A stretch of DNA of 52,812 bases from a virus (lineage: Duplodnaviria > Caudoviricetes), in IMG/VR virus record IMGVR_UViG_3300020003_000061, positions 1 through 52,812 of that record. One strand, written 5' to 3'. Shown piece after piece: positions 52,572-52,812 of the stretch (position 1 is the first letter of the stretch; the number at the start of each line of letters is the position of its first letter). Both the position numbers and the translations under genes were made by a program. The notes beneath the pieces are model-generated. The model saw only the letters and a program-made list of their open reading frames with translations. It searched no databases and had not been told where the DNA came from.

Positions 52572-52586
52572 CTTTACTCACTAAAT
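52572..52586. promoter_or_regulatory. Degenerate copy of the dispersed palindrome
   Basis: GATCTTTAC TCA CTAAAT in an intergenic gap just before an RBS. Confidence 0.5.
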
Positions 52587-52599
52587 ACCAGGAGGTTCT

Positions 52600-52812
52600 G
52601 TGGCAGTCAGCGTGACGGACAAACTGAAGGCGGTGCTCGGATACGCCACGTTCCCGAACAAGGAGATCAAGGAGGCAGTGGTCAAGGTGATCACGGCCCA
52701 CCGTTCCGATCTCCACGACGTAGGCTACGAGCCCAGCACCACCACCGAAGGTGAGATCAAGGAACTCGACCGCATCCTCAACGAGTATGACGAGCGGAAC
52801 ACGCTCGACCGT
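52600..52812 (+). CDS. Hypothetical acidic protein spanning the circular junction (continues to position 206)
   Basis: GGAGG RBS, GTG52600 MAVSVTDKL..., in frame with ORF 9..206. Confidence 0.75.
   Translation, partial: MAVSVTDKLKAVLGYATFPNKEIKEAVVKVITAHRSDLHDVGYEPSTTTEGEIKELDRILNEYDERNTLDR
52670..52812. repeat. Terminal direct repeat, copy 2
   Basis: Matches 1-143. Confidence 0.97.

Noticed and set aside
1-52812. Stop-codon reassignment, diversity-generating retroelement or retron
   Set aside because: Core genes are intact in the standard code, and no reverse transcriptase or template/variable repeat pair was found.

Overview
This window is a complete, circularly permuted genome of a tailed dsDNA phage of about 52.67 kb. 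Bases 1-143 are repeated at 52670-52812 with one mismatch. The gene content is podovirus-like, with no tail tube, tape measure, integrase, recognisable repressor or RNA polymerase. The + strand arm (about 43.8 kb to the end, then 1-14.2 kb) holds early and replication genes. These include a SprT-like protease, an SNF2/HARP helicase, a stand-alone TSCPD domain, a Cas4-like nuclease with Sak4-like ATPase and SSB, an HNH protein, GroES, an Acb2/Tad1-like hairpin protein, a ParB-methyltransferase fusion, a UDG-fused family A DNA polymerase split into two genes, and a DUF3987 P-loop protein. The - strand arm (43.2 kb down to 14.2 kb) holds terminase, portal, scaffold, capsid, adaptor, a large tail-appendage cluster, a lysis cassette containing a stand-alone receiver domain, tail tubular B, a GNAT and three ejection proteins. 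The most unusual signals are non-coding and sit in the 43.3-48.1 kb control/early region: (1) a full sigma54-type promoter architecture; (2) an anticodon-less tRNA mimic and a second non-canonical tRNA-like RNA; (3) an rRNA-operon-like boxB-boxA leader whose 19-bp long-range stem encloses one mRNA; (4) further structured RNAs. A CTTTAG-N3-CTAAAG palindrome is dispersed across the genome. Two genes (polymerase and a tail protein) appear split by inserted ORFs with both halves preserved. All family calls come from motif recognition by eye; no database searches or folding programs were run.
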